Virus record (IMG/VR): IMGVR_UViG_3300045180_000051
From: an uncultured virus (IMG/VR IMGVR_UViG_3300045180_000051)
Taxonomy: Duplodnaviria > Heunggongvirae > Uroviricota > Caudoviricetes
Length of the DNA: 20,000 bases
Strand: one strand, 5' to 3'
Position 1 is the first letter of the stretch, and every line of letters begins with the position of its first letter. The notes under the pieces were generated by a model. That model did not search any database and was not told where the DNA came from. It saw only the letters and a program-made list of their open reading frames with translations. Below, piece by piece: positions 1-8,274 of this stretch. Made by a program: the position numbers and the translations under genes.

Positions 1-2
1 CA

Positions 3-308
3 GGCGGATACACTGTTCAGCTAACAGGTGTTGTTCCGGGTTTGCAGTTGATGGACGGTGATATGTTCTCACTGAAGAGCGGTGATTACCGTCAGTTCTT
101 GCAGGTGGCATATGGTGGCGGCGCAACAGCTGTCAGCACGACGATCACTGTTAAGGTGGATCAGCCGATTGCGTCTTATATCGCAACCGGCGCAACGGCT
201 CGTTTCAAGCAGCCAGAAATGAATGCCCGACTTGTGAGAGACAGCTTTCAGATGTCGAAAGGTCCGCGCCCGACTGCATCTTTCCAGCTGATCGAGGTGC
301 CGAAGTGA
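3..308 (+). CDS. Phage tail protein, 3' part (5'-truncated by window edge; possibly distal tail protein)
   Basis: The frame of ORF 42..308 is open back to position 3 (GGYTVQLTGVVPGLQLMDGD...). It lies directly before the tail-tip genes. Confidence 0.6.
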   Translation, partial: GGYTVQLTGVVPGLQLMDGDMFSLKSGDYRQFLQVAYGGGATAVSTTITVKVDQPIASYIATGATARFKQPEMNARLVRDSFQMSKGPRPTASFQLIEVPK

Positions 309-329
309 TGGACGACTTGTAGAGCCGTA

Positions 330-503
330 TCAATGATGAGATTTGCTGATCGATCCAGTAATTGTCCGGTCGATCGCAACAGTCATGCGGCTATCGGAGC
401 CGTACGCCGAATAGACAGCAAGCATTGCCAGAACCATTGGTGTGGCAAGGATGGCGCTTCTGATTGCGGTTTCTGCGATTGGTGAGCGGGATCGTTTTCT
501 CAT
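330..503 (-). CDS. Small (57 aa) exported or membrane protein, moron inside the tail operon
   Basis: Hand translation: MRKRSRSPIAETAIRSAILATPMVLAMLAVYSAYGSDSRMTVAIDRTITGSISKSHH. It has a basic N-terminus, a hydrophobic segment and a DxxxTGSI motif common in rhizobial exported proteins. Not in the ORF track (below the 60 aa cutoff). Confidence 0.6.
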   Translation of the reverse strand: MRKRSRSPIAETAIRSAILATPMVLAMLAVYSAYGSDSRMTVAIDRTITGSISKSHH

Positions 504-605
504 GATCTTTTAATGTCGGATTTAGCTTAAAGCTAAGTAAAACGGTGTGGTTAATCATCTGTATCCTTCACTAAAGCCAGCCCACAGTTATCATTAGGAG
601 GCTTC

Positions 606-1172
606 ATGGCTTTCCCAACTCGTCTACAGCAATTGCTGGAAGAGGGGCGCATTGTTGTGCGCTCTCTTGGCGAATTCCAGTTCGGCACGGGCTTCTGGTA
701 TATGTGGAACGGCTCGTCCGAGTTCACTTGGAATGGCAACACGTACATTCCAAACCAGCTGATTGCGATTGAAGAACCGCCTTATCAGATGGGCGCCGAA
801 GCACTGCCGATCACCATCACCATGCCGACCGCTGCGGATTACGGTGTGACGCCAGATAAGCTCGCCCAGATCGAAAGCGTCGATTACAAAGGCCGCACGG
901 TTATTCTGTCGGATGCCTACTTTGATCCAGACACGCGCGAACTGCTTCACGTCGAGCCGATGTATCGAGGTTTTATCGACACCATCGATCACGAAACGGA
1001 TGGCGGCGAAATGGTTCTCAAAGCCAACGTGGAGACGTCAGCTTTGGAAAATCACCGTGACGGCTATCGCACCGCCTCGCACGAAGATCAGCAGCTCATT
1101 TCACCGGGCGACAAGTTCTTCGAATATGCCTCAGTGGTGAAGCGAGAGAATTTCCACATCACAGCACCGTAA
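606..1172 (+). CDS. Phage minor tail / tail-tip hub protein (DUF2163-like)
   Basis: 188 aa with AGGAGG RBS. FTWNGNTY near the N-terminus and a C-terminal 'DQQLISPGDKFFEY' segment are typical of this tail gene. Located before the NlpC-like and tail-tip genes. Confidence 0.7.
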   Translation: MAFPTRLQQLLEEGRIVVRSLGEFQFGTGFWYMWNGSSEFTWNGNTYIPNQLIAIEEPPYQMGAEALPITITMPTAADYGVTPDKLAQIESVDYKGRTVILSDAYFDPDTRELLHVEPMYRGFIDTIDHETDGGEMVLKANVETSALENHRDGYRTASHEDQQLISPGDKFFEYASVVKRENFHITAP

Positions 1173-1180
1173 GGATCGCC

Positions 1181-1573
1181 ATGCGACATCCGGAATGGGA
1201 AAAACGCCTCGTGGCCGTCACGGAGGCGCACATAAACACGCCTCTGGTCTGGGGAAAGTCTGATTGTCTTCTCACCACATCCGACGCGATTGAAGCGGTT
1301 ACGGGCATCGATCCTGCATCTGAAGTGCGAGGCAAATACAAAAGCCGCGCAGGTGCCTATCGCCTAATTAAACAGCGGGGTTTTTCCAGCTTAAGCGCCG
1401 TTCTGGCTGATCATTTCGAGGAAACGCCTGTTGCGATGGCGCAGCGGGGTGACGTTGGTATTTTTGAGAAAACTGTTGGCTACTTCTGTGAATACGGCTT
1501 CGCGGTGAAAGGCGAGGACGGTTTGCGCTTCCTGCCACGCACAATGGCCGAGAGGGCCTTCAAGGTTTCCTGA
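1181..1573 (+). CDS. Tail-assembly protein, NlpC/P60-like (DUF6950-like)
   Basis: 130 aa with 'WGKSDC' and 'AQRGDVG' motifs; overlaps the next start codon (TGATG). Confidence 0.7.
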   Translation: MRHPEWEKRLVAVTEAHINTPLVWGKSDCLLTTSDAIEAVTGIDPASEVRGKYKSRAGAYRLIKQRGFSSLSAVLADHFEETPVAMAQRGDVGIFEKTVGYFCEYGFAVKGEDGLRFLPRTMAERAFKVS

Positions 1574-4194
1574 TGTTTTACATTCTGGCGATTTTATTCG
1601 CGCTGTTGGCAACACCAGCGGCGGCGGACCCTGTTTCTATTGTGACAGGTCTTGTTGGCCTTGGCTCGTGGCTGTTCGGCGGTACTGTCCTTGCAAACAT
1701 TGTGCTTGGCGGACTTCTGGTCGCCGCAAAATACGCGCTCACGTCAATCTTTCAGCAGACGCCCAAGTCTTCGGCATCTGCCACAGAAACCAAATATGGT
1801 GAAAATCTCGTCCGTGAAGTCGGCCTCGGCGTATTTGGCACAATGGGGCATCACGTCTATCGCAATGCATTCGGTAAGGGCAACCGAATGGTGCAGGACG
1901 TGTTCAAGCTTTCCGACTTCCGCTGTGTTGAGCTTTTGCGCGTGCAGATGGATGGCGAGTGGAAGAGCCTTAGTCCAACCGATCAAACCTATGGACGTAA
2001 ACTTCTTAACGTCCACGAAGGTGGCGAAGTCTGGGTTCGCTTCTATCAGGGAACGATGCAGCAAGCTGCCGACCCTCAGCTAATTGCGAATTCTAATCCT
2101 TCGGGACGTTGGACTTCTGCGCATCGTGGGGCAGGTATCTGCTACGTCGTGGTTACGTCCCGCATGGAGGCCGATAATCTGACTTCGCCGCCGAGCCTTA
2201 TGTTCGAGGTTCGTGGCGCTCCATTGTATGACCCGCGAAAAGACAGCACGGTTGGTGGATCAGGAACTCAGCGCAGAAACAATCAGGATAGCTGGGCTTT
2301 CTCCGATAATCCTGCTGTCATGATGTATAATCTTGAACTAGGCATCTACAACGGCACGGAAAAGATCGTTGGTCGAGGCGTTGCGCAGAGCCGTTTGCCT
2401 TTGTCTGAATGGTTCACCGCGATGAATATCTGCGATGAAGCCATGTCAGACGGTAGCAAGCGCTATACGGCAGCATTGATTGCTTCATCTGGCGACGGGG
2501 TTACGCACGAAACCAATATGACGCCACTGCGCGAAGCTTGTGCAGGATCTTGGATTGAAGGCGTGACAGGTGAGTATCCAATCGTCGGCGCTAATCAGGC
2601 AGTCGTTGCGACGATCACTGATGACGATATCGCTTGGGAGAAGTCTTTCCAGCTGTCGTTAACGCGCACCCGGACTGATCTGGTCAACACTGTTGCGGCT
2701 TCTTATGTCAGCCCAGACTTGTTTTATGAAACCACGTCGCTCACCACGCGCGTTGATGCAGCTGCATTGGCTCAGGATCGCGAGCGACTGGCTTCCAAGG
2801 TGGATTACACTGCCGTCACTGATCCGCGAGTAGGCGACCGTCTGGCAGATATCGCGATCCGGGCCTCACGCTATCAGGCGAACGGCAACTTTACCGTGCA
2901 TCCGAAGTTCCTTGGACTGCAGGTTGGCCAGTGGGTTCAATGGGTATCAGCTCGCTATAACCGCACGATCAAGTTTCAGGTTCATTCGAAAGCCCTTGGC
3001 GCAATGGGCAGCGACAGTGTTCGCGATGTTTCAATCTCGTGGCAGGAGGTTGGCGACGGTATCTTTGATCCGACAGCTTATGCAACAAATCCGCCTGTTC
3101 CAACGCCGAATGGCGATCCGGATTATCTTGCTGAGGTCCAAAACTTCAACGCCGTCGCTAACAAGGTAATTGGCGCTGATGGTCAAGAGCATCCCGGCAT
3201 TCGGTTGTTCTGGGATGCGATTGACGACATCACTGTCGAAGGTGTTGACATCCAGTATTGGCCCGACAATGACCCGTCACAGGTATTCTCGTCGTTCGTG
3301 ACCAAAGATGTAACCGTCTTTCAGATCGTGAATGGTCTGACGAGCATCACTGATTGGTGGGTTAGAACAAGGCTTAGGGTGGCTTCGGGCACTCGTCCTG
3401 TGGCTTGGTCTGCTGCAGTCAAGGTGGCAACTCTCGACGCTCGACGCGAGGACAGCCCTGTCGATTTTCCGCGACTGGATGACGATGTCAAAGGCCTCGT
3501 TAACTACATGACAGATGACTTGCGTGAGTTCAAAAGGCAGGCGCAGGAAAACGCAACAACGTCGGCAAGTGGACTATTGGATGCGTATTCTAATGTCCAG
3601 ACAATCAGACGTGAGCTTACGAACACGTTTGGAACGGCTAAAGCATCATGGCAGGAAGATATCTTAACTGCCACAGGCCCAAACAGCGCCATTGGGCAGC
3701 AACTAACGCAGATCAATGTAAGCCTTGGCACGAAGGCCGATGCAAGCACTGTTGTACTTCTTCAGAGCCGAGTTGATGGCGTCCAAGGCGATATGACTGC
3801 CATTTCCAATGCGCTGACTGAGGTCAATGCGTCGGTCAACGATATCAACGCGAATGGATCTCTGCGCTTTACGGCCACGTCGGGGAGCGGCGGGGCTTCA
3901 AGTAGAATTGCTGCGTTAGCACGGGTTGGGATCGGTGACAGTTGGAAGCAAGCCGGTTGGTTCGTAAATGTTACTCAAACTTCGAGCCAGTTTGTTGTCA
4001 TTGCCAATCAGTTCGCCATCGCAGATCCGAATACTGACGGCAGCTTCACGTATCCGTTTGTTGTCGAGAATGGACGTGTCGTGATGGAAAATATCGTTGT
4101 AGGGACCGTGAAGTTTAAACGGCTTCAGTCCGATAACAACAAATTCGACGCACGCGGCGATGGAAACAATGCGTATCTGAGGATTATCGTTTAA
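1573..4194 (+). CDS. Tail tip / host-specificity protein (lambda gpJ-like central fibre)
   Basis: 873 aa; motifs 'HRGAGICY', 'VRGAPLYDPR' and 'SDNPA'; FnIII-like middle region, coiled-coil region and a gpJ-like C-terminus (ANQFAIAD..PFVVENG). Confidence 0.85.
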   Translation: MFYILAILFALLATPAAADPVSIVTGLVGLGSWLFGGTVLANIVLGGLLVAAKYALTSIFQQTPKSSASATETKYGENLVREVGLGVFGTMGHHVYRNAFGKGNRMVQDVFKLSDFRCVELLRVQMDGEWKSLSPTDQTYGRKLLNVHEGGEVWVRFYQGTMQQAADPQLIANSNPSGRWTSAHRGAGICYVVVTSRMEADNLTSPPSLMFEVRGAPLYDPRKDSTVGGSGTQRRNNQDSWAFSDNPAVMMYNLELGIYNGTEKIVGRGVAQSRLPLSEWFTAMNICDEAMSDGSKRYTAALIASSGDGVTHETNMTPLREACAGSWIEGVTGEYPIVGANQAVVATITDDDIAWEKSFQLSLTRTRTDLVNTVAASYVSPDLFYETTSLTTRVDAAALAQDRERLASKVDYTAVTDPRVGDRLADIAIRASRYQANGNFTVHPKFLGLQVGQWVQWVSARYNRTIKFQVHSKALGAMGSDSVRDVSISWQEVGDGIFDPTAYATNPPVPTPNGDPDYLAEVQNFNAVANKVIGADGQEHPGIRLFWDAIDDITVEGVDIQYWPDNDPSQVFSSFVTKDVTVFQIVNGLTSITDWWVRTRLRVASGTRPVAWSAAVKVATLDARREDSPVDFPRLDDDVKGLVNYMTDDLREFKRQAQENATTSASGLLDAYSNVQTIRRELTNTFGTAKASWQEDILTATGPNSAIGQQLTQINVSLGTKADASTVVLLQSRVDGVQGDMTAISNALTEVNASVNDINANGSLRFTATSGSGGASSRIAALARVGIGDSWKQAGWFVNVTQTSSQFVVIANQFAIADPNTDGSFTYPFVVENGRVVMENIVVGTVKFKRLQSDNNKFDARGDGNNAYLRIIV

Positions 4195-5735
4195 TGGTCA
4201 GTTGGTTTGTAGGTTGGAAACCGGGCGTGGGCGCGGTGATGAAAGTCAATAAATATGACAGTGATTGGCCGTTAGACGTCCCGAATGATGCTCATAACCG
4301 CTTCTATTTCAACTCGGAGGCAAGCAATCTTTCGTATGTTTTTCGCCATTTCCAGACAGCAAAACGGCTAAACAAAGCAGACTATCCCAACGGGAACTAC
4401 GGTTTAGTTTCTAATTCCCTTAGCGATGCATGGGTAATGCAGACGACGACAGGTTCATTCGATGTCAACGAATATCGGATCTACGGCTGCATAGGAAGGA
4501 TGCCAGACCTCGGCGGGATAATACCGTTCGCCGAGTGCAAGTTTATATCCTCAGATGGAACTGCTCGCGTCCTTTACAATAACAAGCCGAGCAGTTCCGG
4601 CGCATATTATCAGTCTGTCACCAACTCAGCTATTACAGCGAACGTCTATCCAGAAGCGCACCAAGGCAAATTCGGTTATCAGGATATTCCCGCGGCGCTT
4701 GGTTATTCAGGTTGGGCAATCAGACCGACCAATCAAGCGGCCGGGATTGTTGCCTACATCGGCGGCGACCAGGAGTTCATGACGTCCATGATCTGGGATC
4801 TACCTTGCAATAATGTGCCGATACCCAGACCGAGCGGAACGCCTGTGAGCGGGCAAATCATGTTTGAAGCATCGCCCACTCGAATAAAGCTGGCAAGGCC
4901 GGGGTTTTCCATCGACACGGCTACGGGCCGACAACTGATCATGGATAGCGACAGAACGCCGATCAAAGTGATCATGATGGGGACCACGGGAGCGGTGCAG
5001 CCCGGCACAAGTTTGTTTGTTCCGAAGCCATCCTCAATCGACTTCGATCTCTCGCCATCGATGGTCTGTGACACGATCTGCAGCCTGAATGGTTGGGATT
5101 TTGCAATCCCTCCAGTCAACCTCAATAGCGGGCTAAACGAGGAAAGAACGTGGGTTGACTATCGTGTTGAGCTCGGTGGCATTCGTTTCTTTGTGACGGG
5201 AACGCACGCTGTTTCCATCAAATATATGCTCTATGCGACCGGGTTGCAGGGGTATTCATCTGGGGGCAGCGCTATAATCCGGAAGGTCGAAGGGCAATAC
5301 CTGCAGATCAAACGACCGGGTTCGAGCGATGTGGCGCCCGGCTATAACGATATCCTTCTTGATACTCGCTTCGCAGCCGTTACCGTTCTCGCTGAAAGTT
5401 ATGTACCAACGTCAAGCTTTACTGAAAGCGCTTCGGTGCATTGGCGATATGGCAAGGTTGGTCATCGGATAAACTTCGATCCTCAAGGCCTCTTTATCTT
5501 CCCGAAGGTCATTTATGATTTCGGCAATTTCTACCGCAACGGCACGCATGACATGTATATCACGCCGGGGAGTGGAGCTGTCGAAGCTTTGCGATACTCG
5601 ACTTCAACCGTTGTGCGTGACGATCACATCATCATGCATATGAACCCCGGAAACTCGTCGGGGCCAGTCAACAGCAGCGGTTTCCCTGAACCCGTCGGCG
5701 CTCGTTATTTCATCCTCGGAGCTGCAACGCTCTAA
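4194..5735 (+). CDS. Putative tail receptor-binding / baseplate-associated protein
   Basis: 513 aa, coupled to the tail-tip gene (TAATG). Rich in aromatic and beta-forming residues, with an internal degenerate repeat (IKLARPGFS..LIMDS / LQIKRPGSS..ILLDT). Confidence 0.55.
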   Translation: MVSWFVGWKPGVGAVMKVNKYDSDWPLDVPNDAHNRFYFNSEASNLSYVFRHFQTAKRLNKADYPNGNYGLVSNSLSDAWVMQTTTGSFDVNEYRIYGCIGRMPDLGGIIPFAECKFISSDGTARVLYNNKPSSSGAYYQSVTNSAITANVYPEAHQGKFGYQDIPAALGYSGWAIRPTNQAAGIVAYIGGDQEFMTSMIWDLPCNNVPIPRPSGTPVSGQIMFEASPTRIKLARPGFSIDTATGRQLIMDSDRTPIKVIMMGTTGAVQPGTSLFVPKPSSIDFDLSPSMVCDTICSLNGWDFAIPPVNLNSGLNEERTWVDYRVELGGIRFFVTGTHAVSIKYMLYATGLQGYSSGGSAIIRKVEGQYLQIKRPGSSDVAPGYNDILLDTRFAAVTVLAESYVPTSSFTESASVHWRYGKVGHRINFDPQGLFIFPKVIYDFGNFYRNGTHDMYITPGSGAVEALRYSTSTVVRDDHIIMHMNPGNSSGPVNSSGFPEPVGARYFILGAATL

Positions 5736-5758
5736 CAATCCGAAAATCGGAGAATATA

Positions 5759-6943
5759 ATGGCTGTTTTGTCAGATTACACCTCTGGCAGGATTTCGCTC
5801 GCCAACGGTTCGGTTACTGTTACCGGCACCGGAACGCTGTTTAATGTTGCGAAATTCCGTGAAGGCGACACGCTACAAATTCAAAACCTGACAGCGGTCA
5901 TTGCGAGTGTGAACAGCGATACCTCGCTGACGCTTACAGCGCCGTGGACGGGGACAACTCTCACCAATGCTGTATATCGCGCTCGCTATCTTCCTGACGG
6001 TGCTCGTGTGACCGCCCAGGCAACAACTCTTATTGAGCTTCTTGGGAATGGCAACCTGCAGTCGCTAGCTGGTCTGACGGGAGCCGCGGACAAAGGCATC
6101 ATGTTCACAGGCGCGGGAACTGCCGGAACGTTTGATCTAAGTGAAATTGGACGGAGAATTGCGGCAATTACCGATGGCGTTTCATCGCAAATCATTCAGG
6201 GAGATGGAACGCGGGTTGCTAAATCATCTTTGCCAATTAGCGCTGCTACACAAACTGCCCTTGATGCTAAGGCACCGATAGCTACCCCTGTTTTTCAAGG
6301 TCAAACGGATATCTTGAGGGGTAGTTTACGTTTTCGTGGCGACCAAAACGTCAATCAAAATCTTATTGTTGTTCAGGAGTTTGGCACTCAACGATGGGGA
6401 ATAGATTACGTCTATACTGACCAGTCTCTCCGAATTCAAGCTTTTACGGGAGGCACTTGGACGGGTGAAGCGGTCATTTTCAGACCCAACAAAAGTGTAG
6501 CTTTTCTTGGAACAATCTCAAAGGCTGGCGGCACTTTCGAAATTGATCACCCGTTGGACCCCTTCAACAAAAATCTGCGCCATGGATTTGTTGAAAGTAC
6601 GGAATATGTGAACATTTATCGCGGTATGGTCGATCTTGTTGATGGGCGAATGTCTGTCGATATTGATGCTGCTTTCGGCATGACGGATGGAACCTTCGCA
6701 GCGCTCAACGCTGACGTGATAGTTTCATCATTGCAAAACCAGTATGGGCCGGATCGCGTATGGGTCGAGGCTCCAGCCGACAGCGGCAAATTCACCATTA
6801 TCTGTGAAGATACGGAAAGCACGGCAACTATCGCTTGGATGGTGACTGGACGCCGTAATGATGCCTTTGTGCGTTCTGATCTCGATCCGAATACCGACAG
6901 TGAAGGCCGGTTCATTCCAGAGTTTGACAAGGAGGATGCATAA
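5759..6943 (+). CDS. Tail fibre protein
   Basis: 394 aa with GGAG RBS. N-terminal 'GSVTVTGTGTLF..SLTLTAPWTG' anchor, then 'PISAATQTALDAKAP', then a C-terminal 'FEIDHPLDP..LRHGFVES' domain found in fibres. Confidence 0.8.
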   Translation: MAVLSDYTSGRISLANGSVTVTGTGTLFNVAKFREGDTLQIQNLTAVIASVNSDTSLTLTAPWTGTTLTNAVYRARYLPDGARVTAQATTLIELLGNGNLQSLAGLTGAADKGIMFTGAGTAGTFDLSEIGRRIAAITDGVSSQIIQGDGTRVAKSSLPISAATQTALDAKAPIATPVFQGQTDILRGSLRFRGDQNVNQNLIVVQEFGTQRWGIDYVYTDQSLRIQAFTGGTWTGEAVIFRPNKSVAFLGTISKAGGTFEIDHPLDPFNKNLRHGFVESTEYVNIYRGMVDLVDGRMSVDIDAAFGMTDGTFAALNADVIVSSLQNQYGPDRVWVEAPADSGKFTIICEDTESTATIAWMVTGRRNDAFVRSDLDPNTDSEGRFIPEFDKEDA

Positions 6944-7425
6944 TGTCCGTAACGCAGCAGGTTCCAGACTTGTCAGGTCTGGGAAAAAAAGGTCTGCCGA
7001 TGCATTACCAAGCGTTCGGTATCGAACCGCCTATGAAGACCGTTCCGGTTGAAGATGGCGAACCTGTCACCGACAACCCCGGCATGACGATACCAGAGTA
7101 CGTAGCGGCAAAGCGCTGGGAGGCAGAGGTCGGTGGAATTGAGGTTGATGGATTGCTCATAGCTACCGACGATCGCTCAAAGATGATGATCTCAGGCGCT
7201 CGCGTTGCTGCACAGGGAAATCCAGAATTTTCCACTCAATGGAAAACGGCGACGGGAGAGTTTCTTATGGTCGACGCTGCAACAATCATCGCAGTTAGCG
7301 ATGCTGTTCTCGATCATGTCGCCCAGTGCTTTGCTGTTGAAGCTTCAATCACAGCAGATATTAAAACGGGCGTCGATTTCACGTTCGCGGATATTGATGA
7401 AATCTTTGCTCGCCATTTTCCCTAA
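6943..7425 (+). CDS. Tail fibre assembly protein (DUF4376-like)
   Basis: 160 aa with 'AAKRWEAEVGGI..TDDRS..WK..G.F..HVAQCFAVE' pattern; follows the fibre gene. Confidence 0.8.
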   Translation: MSVTQQVPDLSGLGKKGLPMHYQAFGIEPPMKTVPVEDGEPVTDNPGMTIPEYVAAKRWEAEVGGIEVDGLLIATDDRSKMMISGARVAAQGNPEFSTQWKTATGEFLMVDAATIIAVSDAVLDHVAQCFAVEASITADIKTGVDFTFADIDEIFARHFP

Positions 7426-7437
7426 CTGACAGACCGC

Positions 7438-7457
7438 ACCGCCCTTGAGGCGGTTTT
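7438..7457 (+). terminator. Rho-independent terminator of the tail operon
   Basis: ACCGCC-CTTGA-GGCGGT followed by TTT, just after the stop codon at 7425. Confidence 0.7.
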
Positions 7458-7555
7458 CACACCCTGCGCCATATCCAAAAGCAGAGAGCAAGAGCAAGTA
7501 GCGCTATAATCGCCAGCAGCGCGATGTTGTCTTCCATAACGTCAATCAGAAACAT
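7457..7555 (-). CDS. Small hydrophobic single-TM peptide (32 aa)
   Basis: Hand translation: MFLIDVMEDNIALLAIIALLALALCFWIWRRV. RBS GGAGGGG just upstream and a TATACT -10-like hexamer at 7579-7584. Confidence 0.65.
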   Translation of the reverse strand: MFLIDVMEDNIALLAIIALLALALCFWIWRRV

Positions 7556-7597
7556 TTGCCCCTCCACTTATCGCGCTAAGTATAACGGGCAATTGTG

Positions 7598-7672
7598 AAA
7601 GAAAAACCCCAGACACCGGCGGGGGGGCTGGGGTTGCACCGCCTCTATAGCCCCCGCAAGGCGAGTGCAACC
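7598..7672 (-). ncRNA. Putative sRNA unit 1
   Basis: Stems AACCCCAG(7605-12)/CTGGGGTT(7628-35) and TGCAC-CGCCT/AGGCG-A-GTGCA (7635-7669). A-tract at 7598-7606 gives a U-tail on the minus strand. Confidence 0.6.
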
Positions 7673-7727
7673 GTCCTTTACCATAAGGTAAAATATTAAC
7701 AGTCCCTACTTTGTGATTAGATCTCAC

Positions 7728-7799
7728 AAAAAAACCCCGATCTGCTTGGGGGCTGTACCGGGGTCTGCGCTTTGTTGCCTTTGGGGTGCAACATTGCGC
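7728..7799 (-). ncRNA. Putative sRNA unit 2
   Basis: Stems ACCCCG(7734-39)/CGGGGT(7759-64), extended by a G:U pair only on the minus strand, and GCGC-tt-TGTTGC/GCAACA-tt-GCGC (7767-7799). A7 tract. Confidence 0.6.
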
Positions 7800-7825
7800 C
7801 TGTTCATCATTTCAGAATGTGGCGG

Positions 7826-7911
7826 AAAAGAAAAGCCCCGGCATGTGGAATGAAGGATAGCACGAGCCGGGGCTTGCGCATCAACGGGCATGCAGTTGTC
7901 TCAGCGCGCAA
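7826..7911 (-). ncRNA. Putative sRNA unit 3
   Basis: Stems AAGCCCCGGC(7833-42)/GCCGGGGCTT(7866-75) and TTGCGC(7874-79)/GCGCAA(7906-11). Upstream on the minus strand, TG-C-TATTGA resembles an extended -10. Confidence 0.6.
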
Positions 7912-7933
7912 TCTCAATAGCAAAAAATGCAAG

Positions 7934-8009
7934 AAATAAAACCCCGGCAGGATCGCACAACCATGCCGGGGTTGCGTTCAAAAGCAATTATCAGGACCCG
8001 TTGAACGCA
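7934..8009 (-). ncRNA. Putative sRNA unit 4
   Basis: Perfect stems AACCCCGGCA(7940-49)/TGCCGGGGTT(7964-73) and TGCGTTCAA(7973-81)/TTGAACGCA(8001-09). Upstream on the minus strand, TG-C-TAATTT resembles an extended -10. Confidence 0.65.
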
Positions 8010-8034
8010 GCCTCTAAATTAGCAACGGCTATAC

Positions 8035-8150
8035 AAAAAGAAAAGCCCCAGAGGCGCTTGAAATCTCTGGGGCCTGACCCGGCAGGCGGGCAGCCATGAA
8101 CCGGGGTTACTCACGTTACATTCAAGCGGGGGCTGTGATGCCGTGAATAA
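8035..8150 (-). ncRNA. Putative sRNA unit 5 (three hairpins)
   Basis: Stems GCCCCAGAG/CTCTGGGGC (8045-73), CCCGG/CCGGG (8078-8105) and TTACTCACG/CGTGAATAA (8107-50; G:U on the minus strand). Candidate promoter TTGACG-N16-TAATTC at 8183-8156. Confidence 0.65.
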
Positions 8151-8155
8151 GCAAC

Positions 8156-8184
8156 GAATTAGCGCCCATGTTTTCAACGTCAAG
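8156..8184 (-). promoter_or_regulatory. Sigma70-like promoter for unit 5
   Basis: CTTGACG-N16-TAATTC on the minus strand, close to the alphaproteobacterial CTTGAC-N17-CTATAT consensus. Confidence 0.5.
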
Positions 8185-8189
8185 GGCGG

Positions 8190-8274
8190 AAAAATAAAAC
8201 CCCAGCTCGTGGGTAATCATTCCGAGCTGGGGCTTATCACTGGTGCAACACGAGCAACTGCTTCGATACAGTGA
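8190..8274 (-). ncRNA. Putative sRNA unit 6
   Basis: Stems CCCCAGCTCG(8200-09)/CGAGCTGGGG(8223-32) and TCACTG(8237-42)/CAGTGA(8269-74). Candidate promoter TTGCCT-N16-TAGTTT at 8310-8283. Confidence 0.6.

Noticed and set aside
4194..7425. Diversity-generating retroelement or invertible tail-fibre cassette
   Set aside because: No reverse transcriptase, invertase, TR/VR repeat pair or inverted fibre copy was seen.
7712..7728. CRP/FNR-family site TGTGA..TCACA
   Set aside because: The spacer is 7 nt rather than the canonical 6; kept only as a generic palindrome.
7847..8102. Other short loop-to-RBS matches (GGAATGAA with the lipoprotein start; CATGAACC with the 15807 start)
   Set aside because: Matches of 8 nt or less that include ATG are expected by chance.
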